From: a virus
IMG/VR virus record: IMGVR_UViG_3300048583_000185
Location: 1 to 35,555 of that record
Direction: 5' to 3' (one strand)
DNA length: 35,555 nt
This document shows, piece after piece, positions 20,265-28,310 of the stretch. A model generated the notes under the pieces. That model ran no database searches, was not told the origin of the DNA, and saw nothing but the letters and a program-made list of their open reading frames with translations. Both the position numbers and the translations under genes were made by a program. The first letter of the stretch is position 1; every line of letters starts with the position of its first letter.

Positions 20265-20504
20265 CTATTGGTCCTTCGGCGGCTTGTGGGTCTTGATGAC
20301 CACCAGCCTGTGAATCAGCGCTTCGATGTCGCTCACGCCGTGCACCGCACAAGCCAGCGGCAGCCCGGCCCAGTCAATGCCGCCCATGCCGTTGGCGAGC
20401 ATTCGCTGCACTCGGAACGCTTCGCGGTCGGCATCGGTGGCCTGCAGTTCTTCGCCCTCCCACTCGACGCCGCTGGCGGCGTCCAGGAGGGCCGTCAGTT
20501 TTTT
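20265..20504 (-). CDS. T extension of the tail assembly chaperone (G-T fusion made by a -1 frameshift)
   Basis: The -1 frame reads KKLTALLDAASGVEWEGEELQATDADREAF...THKPPKDQ and stops 1 nt before the tape measure ATG. Confidence 0.7.
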   Translation of the reverse strand, partial: KKLTALLDAASGVEWEGEELQATDADREAFRVQRMLANGMGGIDWAGLPLACAVHGVSDIEALIHRLVVIKTHKPPKDQ

Positions 20505-20854
20505 GCGGCGGCGTCCCGGCTGGCCAGGTGCTCGGTGACCGCGTCGACGATGGCCTGTGCCATCGGTGCGACGTAGTCGAGCCGGTCGCGCACCAGGCGG
20601 CCCCACAGCTCGGGCGAAAACGGCACCGGGTCGCTGCTGCCGATGGCGGCACCCAGCAGGTCTGCCTCGGTGAAGTTCTCCCAGGCGCAGGCGTACTCGG
20701 CCAGGTGCTCGACCGTCACGCCATGGCGGAACTTGCCGAACTCGGTTTCGAGCGGCCGGCGGAACTGCACGCGCCGCCCGCCGGGCAGCGCCACCCAGCG
20801 AGCGCGCTGCGCGTCCATCCGCGCGATCAGCGCGGCCATGTCTGCCGTGCTCAT
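20495..20854 (-). CDS. Tail assembly chaperone (gpG-like), 119 aa
   Basis: Position between the major tail and tape measure genes. Ends at the slippery site. Confidence 0.75.
   Translation of the reverse strand: MSTADMAALIARMDAQRARWVALPGGRRVQFRRPLETEFGKFRHGVTVEHLAEYACAWENFTEADLLGAAIGSSDPVPFSPELWGRLVRDRLDYVAPMAQAIVDAVTEHLASRDAAAKN
20498..20504 (-). promoter_or_regulatory. -1 programmed ribosomal frameshift slippery heptamer A_AAA_AAC
   Basis: Minus strand GCC GCA AAA AAC TGA. The heptamer lies in the zero frame immediately before the G stop codon. Confidence 0.7.
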
Positions 20855-20856
20855 GC

Positions 20857-21498
20857 TCAGGCGGCCAGCTTGAGGACGAAGCCCTTCACCGCCATGTCGA
20901 GCGAGCCCGTGCCCACCGCGCCGACCTGGACGTCTTCACCCGGGATAGACGGCTCGGCGCGGAAAACCCGCACCGCGCCGTTGCCCAGCACGATGCGCAC
21001 CACCACCTTGCCCTGGGTCTGGATGGCGCTTTCCAGCAGCAGCTGCGCGGCGCTGGGCGTGTCCTGCGCGACGACGTTGATCGACACGTTGGACACCGGC
21101 AGCAGACCGGCCTCTTCTTTGCGGACGATGTCGAGCAGCGTGGTGACGTCGAGCTTCTCCGACGCGCCGCCGCCGATGCTGTAGCTGGTGGCCTCGCCCA
21201 GCGTTGCCCAGGTGGCCACAGGGATGAAGTTGCCGGCGGTGAACGCCGAATAGCCAGAGGTGTTCAGGCCCTGCAGCTCGAAGGTGTTGGTGGCCTGGTT
21301 CTTGACGCGGCAGGCCTGGTCCTCGAGCTGCACCATGCCGGTGACCGCGGAGAAGTAGCCCACCGTGTCATTCGTCAGGGTGTGCGCGGTGCTGGTGGCC
21401 ACACCCGGTGATGCCAGGGTGACGGCCGTCACGACTCTGGACGTTCCATACGTTGCAGCAATCTCGACCCGGACGCCGCGGCCTTTTACGTTTGCCAT
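20857..21498 (-). CDS. Major tail (tube) protein, 213 aa
   Basis: AAGGAG SD. Thr/Val/Gly-rich beta protein at the canonical position upstream of the chaperones. Confidence 0.75.
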   Translation of the reverse strand: MANVKGRGVRVEIAATYGTSRVVTAVTLASPGVATSTAHTLTNDTVGYFSAVTGMVQLEDQACRVKNQATNTFELQGLNTSGYSAFTAGNFIPVATWATLGEATSYSIGGGASEKLDVTTLLDIVRKEEAGLLPVSNVSINVVAQDTPSAAQLLLESAIQTQGKVVVRIVLGNGAVRVFRAEPSIPGEDVQVGAVGTGSLDMAVKGFVLKLAA

Positions 21499-21524
21499 CG
21501 CTGGCTCCTTTCAGACATGAAAAA

Positions 21525-21542
21525 GGCCGCGCAGTGGCGGCC
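21525..21542 (-). terminator. Hairpin GGCCGC-CACTGC-GCGGCC followed by TTTTTC (minus strand)
   Basis: Read directly. Lies 26 nt upstream of the major tail ATG. Confidence 0.45.
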
Positions 21543-21557
21543 GGGGCTGGAAACGAA

Positions 21558-21581
21558 GCGGGCCGCACAGTGGCGGCCCGC
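21558..21581 (-). terminator. Hairpin GCGGGCCGC-CACTGT-GCGGCCCGC followed by TTCGTTTCC (minus strand)
   Basis: Perfect 9-bp stem. Near-duplicate of the neighbouring hairpin. Confidence 0.4.
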
Positions 21582-21603
21582 GGGGATGAATCGGGTCAGG
21601 GCT

Positions 21604-21966
21604 TCAGGCCCACCACTCCACGGTGAGCAGCACGCCGTCGAGACCGATCTCGGGGTCGTGCGTGGTGCTCTCGTCGAGCACGCAGGCGCCGGCGTCGGCC
21701 GGGGCCGTGGCAATCGCAGCCTTGACGGCAGCCGCCACCGCAGCAGCCTGCGCGCCGGTGTCGGCCCAGCACTGCACGGCCAGGGTGCAGGCGTCTGCCA
21801 GCACGGCGTTGTTCAGGCCGAGCGTGGGGTCGTGGCGCGAGCTGAACACCACCAGCGGGCCGCTCGATCCTTCGGCTATCGCGTCCTGCGCGATGCGGTT
21901 GCCCACCAGCGCAGTCAGCGGTGCATGCCCGGCCAGCAGCGCGCGGAAGTCGGTTTCGATGCTCAT
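21604..21966 (-). CDS. Tail completion / terminator protein (DUF3168-like), 120 aa
   Basis: FRALLAGHAPLTALVGNRI...PLVVF pattern, and position before the major tail gene. Confidence 0.6.
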   Translation of the reverse strand: MSIETDFRALLAGHAPLTALVGNRIAQDAIAEGSSGPLVVFSSRHDPTLGLNNAVLADACTLAVQCWADTGAQAAAVAAAVKAAIATAPADAGACVLDESTTHDPEIGLDGVLLTVEWWA

Positions 21967-22514
21967 GGCGCGGGCGCCTTCGGGCGGTTGAGCTTCTCGA
22001 TCTGCGGGCCGATCTTGGCCTTGAAGACTTCGAGGGCCGCGCCGAGTTGCTTGGCCCCGGCCTCGAGAAAGCCGGCCGCCTGCACGCCATTCTTGGTGCC
22101 GAAGTTGACAAAACGCCAGTAGAACGGGTCATTCGGGCTCTTGGCGCCGCGCTGCGATGCGCGCACCTGGGTCTTGCTGCGGAACTTCAGACCGAGCACC
22201 TTGGTGGTTTTCACCCTGAACCGGGCGCCCTTGGCGGGCAGCACGTTGACGAAAACGCCGACATCGCCCGCCCGTGTGGCCACCTTGCTGGTGCGCACGC
22301 TGAGCGCCTTTCTCAGGAGGCCGGGCGTCCGATAACCCTTGCGCACCGCCAACGCGGACTCATCCAGTGTCGGCGCCTTGGCTCGTGCAGCACGTTGCAC
22401 CAGACGCGCGCCGGCCACCAAGGAATTGCGCAGCGCCCGCACCTTCAGCTTCGGCACGATGCCGCGCAGAGCCTCCCGCAGGTCCGGGATGCCGGTGACC
22501 TTGGCCTCGATCAT
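21963..22514 (-). CDS. HK97 gp10-family head-tail joining protein, 183 aa
   Basis: LREALRGIVPKLKVRALRNSLVAGARLVQRAARAKAP...FYWRFVNFGT resembles the gp10 family. Synteny supports the call. Confidence 0.65.
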   Translation of the reverse strand: MIEAKVTGIPDLREALRGIVPKLKVRALRNSLVAGARLVQRAARAKAPTLDESALAVRKGYRTPGLLRKALSVRTSKVATRAGDVGVFVNVLPAKGARFRVKTTKVLGLKFRSKTQVRASQRGAKSPNDPFYWRFVNFGTKNGVQAAGFLEAGAKQLGAALEVFKAKIGPQIEKLNRPKAPAP

Positions 22515-22858
22515 GAGTCGCGCACCCCGGCCGCGGCCATCAGCTCAAGCGTGTGCCGCCCGCCATCGACGTCGATGGGCTCGGCCACCAGCGCGTGCGC
22601 CACGCCGCGCCACAGCACACGCATGGCGCCGGTGACGCCGGCCCGGTGGCGGATGCGGAACCGCACGCTGGCCTCGGACTGCATGGCACCTGCGGCGAAG
22701 AACTCCCGCCCCCGCAGCGGCTGTGCAGACGCCCACACGGTGGCCACGTCGACCCAGCTCTCGGTGGCCTGGCCGAGCGCATCGAGCGTGGCGCTGCGCT
22801 GCTGGATGATGATGCGCTGGTCGAGGGCGCCGGCGCTGGGCATGTTGGGCAGCGTCAT
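22511..22858 (-). CDS. Head-tail adaptor (head closure) protein, 115 aa
   Basis: LDQRIIIQQRSATLDALGQATESWVDVATVWASAQPLRGREFF is the phage head-tail joining family pattern. Confidence 0.75.
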   Translation of the reverse strand: MTLPNMPSAGALDQRIIIQQRSATLDALGQATESWVDVATVWASAQPLRGREFFAAGAMQSEASVRFRIRHRAGVTGAMRVLWRGVAHALVAEPIDVDGGRHTLELMAAAGVRDS

Positions 22859-23415
22859 GCGTAGGTCCGCACCGGGTCGAGCAGGCTGCGCAGCAGCGGG
22901 TGCGCGGCGTCCTTGGCGTTCAGGGCCGGATCATGGACCAGCACGGTCACCAGCGCCTTGATGAAGGTCTTCACGCACTCCGGCACGGTGGCGGCGTCAG
23001 CGGCACCGCTGGTGACGTCCAGGCGCACGCGCGGGCCGATCGCGATGTCGCCCAGTGCCGGGAACGAACCCGCCAGCGGCGGCACGACAGAGAACCCGCC
23101 CTGCACGATGCCCCAGGCCACTTGCGCGGCATTGGTCAGCGTCACCCACGCCGCGCCGTTCCAGTAGCTGACGGCCACCGCGCTGGGGCGGTAAACCGGG
23201 AAGACGTCAGCAGCGACAGGCCAGTCGGCGAGCTCGATGCGCCATGTCTGCGCGATGAAGCGCAGCCCGGTCTCCTGCTCGGCCACCTGGCGCGCCGCGA
23301 CGATGCCGGCACTGACGATCTCATCCCACTCCACGCCATCGACGCGGGCGGCGATCTTGGCCTCGCTCAAGGCGACGGGCTCGATGACGGGCGCGCTCAG
23401 CAAGTACATGCTCAT
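22855..23415 (-). CDS. Head-tail connector (gp6-like) protein, 186 aa
   Basis: Position downstream of the capsid block. EAKIAARVDG...IVAARQVAEQETGLRFIAQTW resembles DNA-packaging/connector proteins. Confidence 0.6.
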   Translation of the reverse strand: MSMYLLSAPVIEPVALSEAKIAARVDGVEWDEIVSAGIVAARQVAEQETGLRFIAQTWRIELADWPVAADVFPVYRPSAVAVSYWNGAAWVTLTNAAQVAWGIVQGGFSVVPPLAGSFPALGDIAIGPRVRLDVTSGAADAATVPECVKTFIKALVTVLVHDPALNAKDAAHPLLRSLLDPVRTYA

Positions 23416-23416
23416 G

Positions 23417-23575
23417 TCAGTAGAACCGGTCGCCGTTGACGACGACGATGCACTTTTCGCCGTACTGGGCGCGGCGCAAGGTGGCCCGCAGGCAGAACGT
23501 GAGAGCCTCCAACTGGCGCATGACCTGCTCCGTCAGCAGTGCGATGTATTGCTCTGCTTGTTCGGCGGCGGTCAT
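23417..23575 (-). CDS. Hypothetical small protein, 52 aa
   Basis: ATG lies 2 nt after the upstream stop. MTAAEQAEQYIALLTEQVMRQLEAL... Confidence 0.4.
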   Translation of the reverse strand: MTAAEQAEQYIALLTEQVMRQLEALTFCLRATLRRAQYGEKCIVVVNGDRFY

Positions 23576-23577
23576 GA

Positions 23578-24861
23578 TCAGCCGATGACCCAGTTTGTTC
23601 CGTTGCAGAACACAGGCACCGCATTGGAGCCGCCGCCCGCGACAGTGCTGCCGACGTTCGCGGACACGTAGGCAACCGTGGCATCGGTCACCCATCCACG
23701 ATAACCGCGCAAAGCCGCTGAGGCCGCTTGCAAGTTCGCCACGATGGCAGTCGCTGCGGCGCCCGGTCCAATTCGAGTAATTGCGTTCAGCCGCAAGTCC
23801 TGAATTTGCGCAGTAGCTTCAGCTTTTCCGTAAATCAACCCGATGTCTTGGCAGTTGGCAATGTTGGTGCGGTCGGCGCTGTCAATGAAAACTTGACGAC
23901 TGGCGTTTGCGTACTTTCCGGCGCCACGGCCAATGCCGATGCAGCCGTCTGCCGAGTTGATGGTGCCAAGCGCTTCGTACCCAACAGCAGTATTTGATGT
24001 GCCCTTGGAGCCGCTGCCAGTAAACGCAGAACTGCCGACCGCCGTGTTGAAGTTCAGCATGTCGTTGGTAGTGCCGCCAACGCGGTAACCAATCAGCGTG
24101 TTTCCTACGCTGACAGTGCATCCCCCGCCAGCATGAACGCCCAAGGCCGTGTTTTCGTATCCGGTAGTTACCCGTTCCAACGCATACACGCCCACGCCTA
24201 CGTTTCGGCGTCCCGAAGTGTTGTCGCGCAGTGCTTCAAATCCGATGGCAACGCTCGCATAACCGGTGTTCGTCGCAAACGTCCCCTGCCCAAGCGCCGT
24301 ACTTTGGTCGCTAAACTGGGAAAACCTATCTCCGCTAGAAAGCCTGAATTGCCCACGATTAGAAGCATTCCAGTCTACAGGCGCCCCCAACGTTCCGTCA
24401 AGCGCGTTGTCCGTGTAGGTGGTAGTATTATTGTCGGGAATCTCGACCAGGAACTGGTAATTGCGCGGGTCTTGCGGCGTTGCAGCAGTGCGATAAATGC
24501 GGCGCGCAATGACTCCAGGCGGGCCCGGCGCAATTGCTGTCAGATTGACGCGCTGCGATGACGGGTTGACCACGGTCGCAGTGCCGGGCCAAGGAGCAGT
24601 CTCTCCAAGCGCAGTGACAAACGTTTGCGTGTAGGAGTACGCGCCAGTCAAAGCCCCGGCAGTGCCGACGGCGGCGTTGATACCAGTGCTCGGCGCGGGG
24701 ATGCCGTCGTCATCGACCAGAACTGTTTTCGATCCGTCCATCGGCGGCCTGAAATCACGCGCAAGGCCGGCGGAAATCAGGCGTGCCTCCTCAACAGCCC
24801 CCGGCGCTTGGATGCTGTACTGCTCCAGCCCGTTCCATGTCCGCAGCATCTGAATCGTCAT
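23578..24861 (-). CDS. Fibre/spike-like protein with YadA-head-like repeats, 427 aa
   Basis: GAGGAAAG SD. Repeats SVAIGFEAL, NVGVGVYAL, NTALGVHAG, NTAVGSSAF, NTAVGYEAL. C-terminus GYRGWVTDA...GGGSNAVPVFCNGTNWVIG is fibre-like. GC is visibly lower than in the flanks. Confidence 0.6.
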   Translation of the reverse strand: MTIQMLRTWNGLEQYSIQAPGAVEEARLISAGLARDFRPPMDGSKTVLVDDDGIPAPSTGINAAVGTAGALTGAYSYTQTFVTALGETAPWPGTATVVNPSSQRVNLTAIAPGPPGVIARRIYRTAATPQDPRNYQFLVEIPDNNTTTYTDNALDGTLGAPVDWNASNRGQFRLSSGDRFSQFSDQSTALGQGTFATNTGYASVAIGFEALRDNTSGRRNVGVGVYALERVTTGYENTALGVHAGGGCTVSVGNTLIGYRVGGTTNDMLNFNTAVGSSAFTGSGSKGTSNTAVGYEALGTINSADGCIGIGRGAGKYANASRQVFIDSADRTNIANCQDIGLIYGKAEATAQIQDLRLNAITRIGPGAAATAIVANLQAASAALRGYRGWVTDATVAYVSANVGSTVAGGGSNAVPVFCNGTNWVIG

Positions 24862-24871
24862 GGTGCTTTCC

Positions 24872-25111
24872 TCACGCCTTCTTGGCGCGCTTGGCGGCCG
24901 GTGCGGGCTCGCTCGTTGAAGGGGCGGCTTCGGCAGCCGGCGCAGGTTGGGCAGCTGGCGCCGCCGAGGCCTCGCTGTCTGCGTACTTGGCGCAGCGCGC
25001 TTCTTCCACGAAGTGCTGCGCAGCTTCCGCGCCGCAGCGCAGCCGGTCGCCGGCCGAGAAGCTGCCGAAGACGGCGCTGTGGCCGGTGTGGGTGAACTCG
25101 ATGAGGCGCAT
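24872..25111 (-). CDS. Hypothetical protein, 79 aa, with an Ala/Pro-rich basic tail
   Basis: AGGAG SD right after the post-capsid hairpin. MRLIEFTHTGHSAVFGSFSAGDRL... Confidence 0.5.
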   Translation of the reverse strand: MRLIEFTHTGHSAVFGSFSAGDRLRCGAEAAQHFVEEARCAKYADSEASAAPAAQPAPAAEAAPSTSEPAPAAKRAKKA

Positions 25112-25154
25112 GGGTTGCTCCTGCGGGCCAGCCTGCGCCGGCCCGCAAACCGGC

Positions 25155-26345
25155 TTAGGCCGGGGTCAGGTCGCCGTAACGCACGGCGGCCGGGCGCTCC
25201 ACCGCCAACATGCACCGGCGCTCGGCGCGCACGGTGATCAAGTTGCGGATGAAGTTGTCGCCGTCGCTGTCCGACATCTCGACCACCACACCCTCGCGCT
25301 GGTAGAACGTGGCAGACAGGCCGAAGGCGCCGATCAGCACGTTGTCGGCCGTCACGGCGTTGCTGGCCACCACCGGCAGCCCGAACAACGACGGCGGGAT
25401 TGCCGAGCCCGGATCGCCCAGGATGTAGCGGTTCTGGGTGTCCTTGGCCAGACGCATGGTCCACCAGTCGGCGGGGTTCAGGATGATGGCGTCGGCCGGG
25501 TAGTCGCCGGCCTGGCAGTCACCGATGATCTTGCCGATCAGGTCGAAGCGGTTGTTCAGCAGGCCCAGCGCGGTCAGGCCTGCAGCGGTGTAGCCGTGCG
25601 CGGTGAAGTTGCCCGCACGGGTGAAGCCGGCGATGTTGGGTGCGGTGCCGTTGCCGGCGACGATCTGGTTCTCGACGCGCAGGTTGACGCCGTACACCAT
25701 GCGAGTGTTGACGTAGGCCGCCAGGCTGGCGTTGTCGGTGGCAAGCTGGCGGCTGATCTTCAGCCAGTGCGCCACGGTTGCCACCGGCTCGGTCACCACC
25801 GTCGTGGTGATAGCGCTTTCCGGCTTCAGGTTGCCCTCGGTCGTTTCTGCCGCGGCATTGGTGAACACGTTCTCGCGCACGTAGTCCACAGCGTTGGAGC
25901 TGGTCGGCAGCGAGGTCAGCAACGCTTCCAGGGTCAGCATGCGGAAGGCGCCGCCGACAACGCCCGGCTTGCGGTCGCTGAAAGTGTTGCCGATGGTGTT
26001 GGTGATGGTGTTCTTCACCTCGACGCCAAAGCTGCCGAAGCGCGTGCCGCCGGCAATGCGCTGGCGCACCACGTCCATGCCGGAAGCCTTGACGAACTGC
26101 TGGCCGACCGAGTCGCCGCCCTTGTTGCTCTCGTCGCCTTCGCGGCCCTGCAGCAGGCCCTTCTGTTCGAGCTGCAGCAGGCGGTCGGCCAGCTCGCGCT
26201 GCTGGGTGCCCAGGTTGTCGATCGCGGTCTTGGTGTCGGCGGTGACCTTGCCGAGCGTGGCGAGTTCGCCCACGGCCTTGTCGTCCATGGCCTTAAGCTT
26301 GGATTCGATGCCATCCAGGCCCTTCATCACTTGTTCGATGCTCAT
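25155..26345 (-). CDS. Major capsid protein, HK97 family, 396 aa (with an N-terminal delta/scaffold-like region)
   Basis: AAGGAAA SD. The coiled N-terminus and VTEPVATVAHWLKISRQLATDNASLAAYVNTRMVYGVNLRVENQIVAGNGTAPNIAGF are typical HK97-fold MCP sequence. GC3 is very high. Confidence 0.9.
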   Translation of the reverse strand: MSIEQVMKGLDGIESKLKAMDDKAVGELATLGKVTADTKTAIDNLGTQQRELADRLLQLEQKGLLQGREGDESNKGGDSVGQQFVKASGMDVVRQRIAGGTRFGSFGVEVKNTITNTIGNTFSDRKPGVVGGAFRMLTLEALLTSLPTSSNAVDYVRENVFTNAAAETTEGNLKPESAITTTVVTEPVATVAHWLKISRQLATDNASLAAYVNTRMVYGVNLRVENQIVAGNGTAPNIAGFTRAGNFTAHGYTAAGLTALGLLNNRFDLIGKIIGDCQAGDYPADAIILNPADWWTMRLAKDTQNRYILGDPGSAIPPSLFGLPVVASNAVTADNVLIGAFGLSATFYQREGVVVEMSDSDGDNFIRNLITVRAERRCMLAVERPAAVRYGDLTPA

Positions 26346-26371
26346 TTCAGTTTCCTTTGAAGAAAGAAGAA

Positions 26372-26389
26372 GGCCGCCCGATGGCGGCC
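26372..26389 (-). terminator. Hairpin GGCCGCC-ATCG-GGCGGCC followed by TTCTTCTTTCTTC (minus strand), between the protease and capsid genes
   Basis: Read directly. The T/C-rich tail corresponds to 26359-26371. Confidence 0.5.
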
Positions 26390-26410
26390 GGTTGCTGCGG
26401 TGTTGCTGCT

Positions 26411-27091
26411 TCAGGCGCTGGTGATGCGCGCGATGCGATCGGCCAGCGCTTTCATCGCCTTGGCTTCTGCCGCCCCGTGATCCCCACGGTCGAACAGCGC
26501 CACGACGCGGGCCGTCAGCGCGACGGCGGCCCCTTTCGACAAGCCGGCTACATCCCGCAGCAGGCTCTCCAGATCTCGCACGGATTCGATCTCGGCAATG
26601 GCCGCCAAGACATCGGAACCACCCTTCACGCTCGACAGGTCGACGCGCGCTGCGCTGTCGGCCGGGAATACGACCGGGCTGATCTCGACTAGGTTGGTCC
26701 ACTTGCGGATGATTCGGCCGCCCTCGGTCTCTTCGTAGTCGCCTTTCTTCAGGAAACCACCGATCGACAAGCCATCGAGCGTTTCGTGCTTCATCGCAGC
26801 GCGCACCTCTGCGGCCAGGTTCAGGCCTGGCGTCAGCTCTCCTTCCACAAACAGGCCGTGGTCGTCTTCCTTGGCCGTGAGCCACTTGCCGACCGGCATG
26901 CCCCACTCGTGATTGAAGAACATCTTCGGCTTGCCGTTGACGCGCAACGTGCTTTCGAAGGCGCCCTTGATCAGGGTGTCGCCGTAGGTGTCGACGCCGC
27001 CGAAGACCGATGCGTAGCCGCTGAAGCGGCCGGCATCGCCGTCCATCTTCAGGGTGACGTCAGACAGTCGCAGGGTCTTGCGCAGGAGCAT
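26411..27091 (-). CDS. Prohead protease, HK97 family (S78), 226 aa
   Basis: GRFSGYASVFGGVDTYGDTLIKGAF...MFFNHEW...VGKW is the HK97 protease pattern. Confidence 0.85.
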   Translation of the reverse strand: MLLRKTLRLSDVTLKMDGDAGRFSGYASVFGGVDTYGDTLIKGAFESTLRVNGKPKMFFNHEWGMPVGKWLTAKEDDHGLFVEGELTPGLNLAAEVRAAMKHETLDGLSIGGFLKKGDYEETEGGRIIRKWTNLVEISPVVFPADSAARVDLSSVKGGSDVLAAIAEIESVRDLESLLRDVAGLSKGAAVALTARVVALFDRGDHGAAEAKAMKALADRIARITSA

Positions 27092-28310
27092 TGATGCCTC
27101 CAGTGGTGGCGCGGCCGAGCATGTCGAGCGGCAGCAGGTTGGATTGAGCGGTGAGCGTGTTCGCGCCGGCGCCGGCGTCGGGCGGCAGGTTCTCGAGCTG
27201 GCGCACCTCGTTGCGGGTCATGTAGCCGTTCTGTAGCGCCGTGCTGTAGAAGGTCGCGCGGGCCGCGGTGTCGCCGCGCAGCAGCGCCTCGAAGCTGAAT
27301 TCCACCGACATCCGCGCGCGCTGTGCAGACGTCAGCACACGCTTGGTGACGGCCTGCTCGATGCTCACCAGCATCGGGCGGATCGTGAACTTGTGGAAGC
27401 CGCTGATGATCTGCTCGACGCCGCTGCCCCAGGTGGTGACGTTGCTGTGGTGCACCAGCACCGGCGGCACGTCGAACCAGCGGCAGATCTCTTCGACCGT
27501 GAAGCGGCGCGTCTCGAGCAGCTGCTGGTCTTCCGGCGAGATGCTGAGCTGCTGGTACTTCATCTGCGCTTCCAGCACGTACAGCCGGCTGGTGCTGCCC
27601 TGGGCCATCTCGGCAAAGCGCTTCTTCAGCGCATCGCGCTGGTCGGGCTTCAGCACGTTGTCCACCATCAGCACGCCGGTCGGCTTGCCGCCGTTGCCGA
27701 AGATCTGCGACGCGCTCTGCTGGGCCTTGGCGGCTTCGTCGGTGGTGGCCCGCATGAACTCCAGCTTGGCCAGGCCCACGGTGCCGTTGCCCAGGCCCTT
27801 GAGGTGCAGCACGCTCTCTGCCGCCAGGAAGGCCACGTTGCCGTCGAGCGTGTACTTGTAGACCAGAGCGCCGTCGTCGAGCACGATGGTCGAGACCTGA
27901 TCGGCCGGCATCGGCCACAGCGCCAGCGCCTCGCCTGCGTCGTCGCGGTCGATGCGCGCATAGGCGTTGCCGCGCAGGTCGTGGTTCATCACCATCGCCC
28001 GCCAGAACTCAAACGGCGTCATGCGCGCATTCGGGCTGCTGTGCAGCAGCGAGTACAGGCGCGCCGCGCGGGCCAGTTCCTTCATGCCGCCGGGCTGCTG
28101 CTGATACACGAAGAACGGCAGACTGGCGATCACCGTCGCACGCCGTTCGATGCAGGCCCACACGGTGCTGATCTGCAGGGCGGCGTCTGGGCCATACGCG
28201 GCAATGCCTGACACCAGCGACGACGACGGGATCGGCACCTGCTCGCCGCTCTTCTCGCCCAATGCACCGAAGCGGCCGAACCAGCCGCGGACTGAATCGA
28301 AGACCGACAT
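27060..28310 (-). CDS. Portal protein, HK97 family, 416 aa
   Basis: VWACIERRATVIASLPF...WRAMVMNHDLRGNAYA...GKPTGVL... Position between TerL and the protease. TGATG overlap with TerL. Confidence 0.85.
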   Translation of the reverse strand: MSVFDSVRGWFGRFGALGEKSGEQVPIPSSSLVSGIAAYGPDAALQISTVWACIERRATVIASLPFFVYQQQPGGMKELARAARLYSLLHSSPNARMTPFEFWRAMVMNHDLRGNAYARIDRDDAGEALALWPMPADQVSTIVLDDGALVYKYTLDGNVAFLAAESVLHLKGLGNGTVGLAKLEFMRATTDEAAKAQQSASQIFGNGGKPTGVLMVDNVLKPDQRDALKKRFAEMAQGSTSRLYVLEAQMKYQQLSISPEDQQLLETRRFTVEEICRWFDVPPVLVHHSNVTTWGSGVEQIISGFHKFTIRPMLVSIEQAVTKRVLTSAQRARMSVEFSFEALLRGDTAARATFYSTALQNGYMTRNEVRQLENLPPDAGAGANTLTAQSNLLPLDMLGRATTGGINAPAQDPATV

